A stretch of 63,739 bases of DNA, filler included, from Craspedostauros australis (Eukaryota): the NCBI GenBank assembly GCA_030167865.1. It is 8 parts of 8 records of this genome, joined end to end, with 100 filler letters (N's around TTAATTAATTAA, not from the genome) between each part and the next. Parts side by side here need not be neighbours in the genome. Positions count along the whole stretch, not along the records: positions 45,686 to 61,910 come from JALAGF010004267.1; positions 62,011 to 63,739 come from JALAGF010004297.1; 6 more parts are not named here. One strand, written 5' to 3'. Position numbers and translations under genes: made by a program. Shown one piece after another: positions 61,065 through 63,739 of this stretch. Each line of letters starts with the position of its first letter. The stretch's first letter is position 1. Under the pieces are notes generated by a model. That model was not told where the DNA came from. It searched no databases and was given only the letters and a program-made list of their open reading frames with translations.

Positions 61065-61910
61065 TGTTTCGGCCTCTTGCCTACGACTACATCGATCCAA
61101 TTTAACCCTTTGCTGTTCTTTGTTTCAGCGACTGTGTTCCGATTTTGAATTGTTTAGTCTCTTTTTCAGGTGTCCGGATGAGACCATCCAACAGTCCATC
61201 CACGATAGCACTAGTTGTAGAATATTGGGGGAAGCGGCGCATGCGTGTTTACGTTCATTACACAATGTGCTTGTCCAATCCGTCATCGACGTCACGAAAT
61301 TGAATACTTCGTCATGAAACACCAATGATATCACGATGCGCAACATCATCAGGTCTGCTTCGTCGTGGCGAAGTGGTTGAGTGGGGTTGGTACTCCTCGA
61401 GTGTTTTGTGTCGTGGTCTTTTTGGACAGTCGGTACAATTGGAGGTAAATCTCCACATCCCCCAACATGTGAGGCCNGTTGAGAGTGGCAAACTCGACAC
61501 ACCAAGATGAAAATGGAGCCACACCAAAAAAATACCACAATGGCCGTCGAACGGCATGCTTGGCGCCGCACCAACCAGCCGGCCAATTCAAGATCCAAGC
61601 ACATCGCCGTCACCGCCACGCAACGTTTGGTGGGTAGACGAGCGGAGGCGGGAAGAGAGGTTGATTTGGGGCCGTCGTAGGCCCCAGAAACACGATCACA
61701 ATTTGGCCCCAAATCGGCTGGTTGGTTTTGGCCGGTGTGTGGCACACACCGGCCATATCAGCGCCTATGGATGCGCAGGATGCCTCAAGGAGGCCAAGAT
61801 GAAGGCACCCTCGAAGTTCGAGGCTTGCGGAGCACCGGGAAGGTGTCCGCGCGGAGAGAAAGGTGGTTTTTAGGAGTTTTGGTTGGGGCTCGCCTGGCAC
61901 CATTCGCGTG

Positions 61911-62010
61911 NNNNNNNNNNNNNNNNNNNNNNNNNNNNNNNNNNNNNNNNNNNNTTAATTAATTAANNNNNNNNNNNNNNNNNNNNNNNNNNNNNNNNNN
62001 NNNNNNNNNN
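61911..62010. other. artificial contig spacer
   Basis: N44-TTAATTAATTAA-N44. Confidence 0.98.
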
Positions 62011-63186
62011 GTCATTCCCGCATCATGGCAGGCGCGACTGCGCAAATAGTCATTTATGACACCGTTGTTCCCGCCGGGCACGTGCCTGAGCCCTTCACCA
62101 GTTAAAATGATGACCCTGCGAAGCCGCCGAACTGCCTGCCATGTCTTGCTCACGAAATCACTTCGTGCTGGTGCTAAATCCGAACACATGGCAAGGCGAA
62201 GACCCGCATGGTCCGCGATTCCAAGACACGAAATAACGCGAACACACATCTACAGCAATCTTTCATCCAGATAGACGATGACAAGCAACCATGCAGGGTT
62301 GGATGTTTCGCTTCTCTCCTCTTCTCTTGGCACAAGTGCGACCGGAACCAAGAACAATTTCATGTGACGCTGATTATATGGTAGGTGGCCAGCAGTACAA
62401 GAGGTCAACATGCAAAGGCCAACAACTCTCTCTCCCCCTCTCTGCTTGGGTCATTCCAGTTCTTAGACTCGAGTGCCAAGACCAAGTACGTTTGCAGCAC
62501 TTTCTCATAGACTCCACTTTGACAGACTCACTTGGGCAAAATGGATTGTTGCGTCGGCGCATAAGTGACTGATTTTGTGTCCTTTGTTATGTTGTCGTGG
62601 CCGGGCAAACTGAGAAAAGACCCAGTGTCCATTCGATCTGCCACCGAGCTCCGCAATACCCAAGCCCCTCCCAAGATCAACCCTTCTTGCCTGACATTGC
62701 ATACCGGCTTAACAGATGTCGATAGATCCCACCAGGTCGATTCAAGTAAGGGGCTATCAAGCTGAGATTTTCGGTTTCTCATGGTTACTCTGGCTGCTTG
62801 GGCACGTGGCACTACCCGCAAGCTCGTGCCTCACTCACCTCCACAGTTCGTAGGTGCGCGTGCAGGGCAGAGTCCACGATTAGTAGGCAGATACCCAACA
62901 TCTTGCGAGAAGGAGATCGACTTGCTCAACGCACCTCTCAGGCAGCTTCTCCGATAATGACCCGCCTTCGAGGGAGAGGATTCGCAACTCGCCAACGACT
63001 TCTCACAATCTCACAATCTCACAACACCGAAACTTGCGAAGCATCCACAAAAAACAACTATCACGCAAATAAAACAAACTTCCAACACGGTAGTATATCC
63101 TGTCCGCAGAGAGTGCTGGCAGTTGATCACATAATAACAATCAGCAACAAGTTTCGCTATTACATCATCAGCAAGCAAGTAAGTAA

Positions 63187-63300
63187 GCAAACAAACACAC
63201 AAACAAACACACAAACAAACACACAAACAAACACACAAACAAACACACAAACAAAAACTCAAACAAAAACTCAAATAAACAAACACACAAACAAACAAAA
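63187..63300. repeat. (ACAAACAAACAC)n microsatellite in the 5' leader
   Basis: Directly visible. Confidence 0.9.
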
Positions 63301-63318
63301 GCACAGCATCGAAGCAAC

Positions 63319-63739
63319 ATGAAGCTCTTCCTCTCCGCGGCCGTCGCGTCGTTGATGTCGCCCGCACCGGCCAACGCCATCTTCGATCTTCTCCCGCCGA
63401 CCACAACGTCTGATGGGCCCGCAATCTGCCCCAACGACTTCCAGAAGATCCATCAAGTCGGCAGCACGCAAACCTCAGCCCCAGCTATCGAGATCCTCGA
63501 GCAGAATGGCAGCTCTGTCAAGTTCAAGGTCAGCCAGGTTTGGACTCCGCAAGAAGCCGACAACGTCATCGTGCAATACAAGACAGGAGGCATGGGCGGA
63601 TCTGAGTGCGAAGCCTTCGAAAACGTACCAGGCGGGAACGCACTCACCTTCACCGCCAGCTGCACCATGCTCAATCCCATCACAGTCGTTGATATCTTCG
63701 TCGTCGATCCAAGTGTGGAAGGAGATGCCCACATTCCGG
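63319..63739 (+). CDS. secreted protein with a Cys-containing extracellular domain (3'-truncated; absent from the ORF track)
   Basis: MKLFLSAAVASLMSPAPANA signal peptide, then ICPNDF..IEILEQNGSSVKFKVSQVW..SECE..TASC..VVDIFVVD..AHIP. Open to the window end. Confidence 0.8.
   Translation, partial: MKLFLSAAVASLMSPAPANAIFDLLPPTTTSDGPAICPNDFQKIHQVGSTQTSAPAIEILEQNGSSVKFKVSQVWTPQEADNVIVQYKTGGMGGSECEAFENVPGGNALTFTASCTMLNPITVVDIFVVDPSVEGDAHIP

Overview
Eukaryotic genomic DNA, most likely from a diatom, judged from GT-AG introns, bipartite plastid-targeting and secretory leaders, DUF6824, multi-SET and KxxK-rich proteins, and a CoDi-like copia element. The window is eight contigs joined by artificial 100-bp spacers (44N-TTAATTAATTAA-44N). 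Two apparent inverted duplications are overlaps of mis-oriented contigs. Genes: GT47 exostosin, PNGase-thioredoxin-PUB fusion, secreted 4xSET protein, copia gag/pol, STAND ATPase in a 6171-bp tandem or circular unit, annexin, mucin/silaffin-like protein, DUF6824 protein, alpha/beta hydrolase, TMEM242-like protein, plastid START/polyketide-cyclase protein and a 5-exon M11 metalloprotease with a KxxK tail. There are also two pseudogenes and two dispersed repeat families. Most notable: (1) an in-frame UGA followed by a 6-nt spacer, a strong stem-loop and hydrophobic helices at the gag-pol junction; (2) a ~310-nt densely base-paired intergenic element that is a candidate structured RNA; (3) several candidate cell-wall or adhesion processing proteins. 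All family assignments come from motifs recognised by eye, without database searches.
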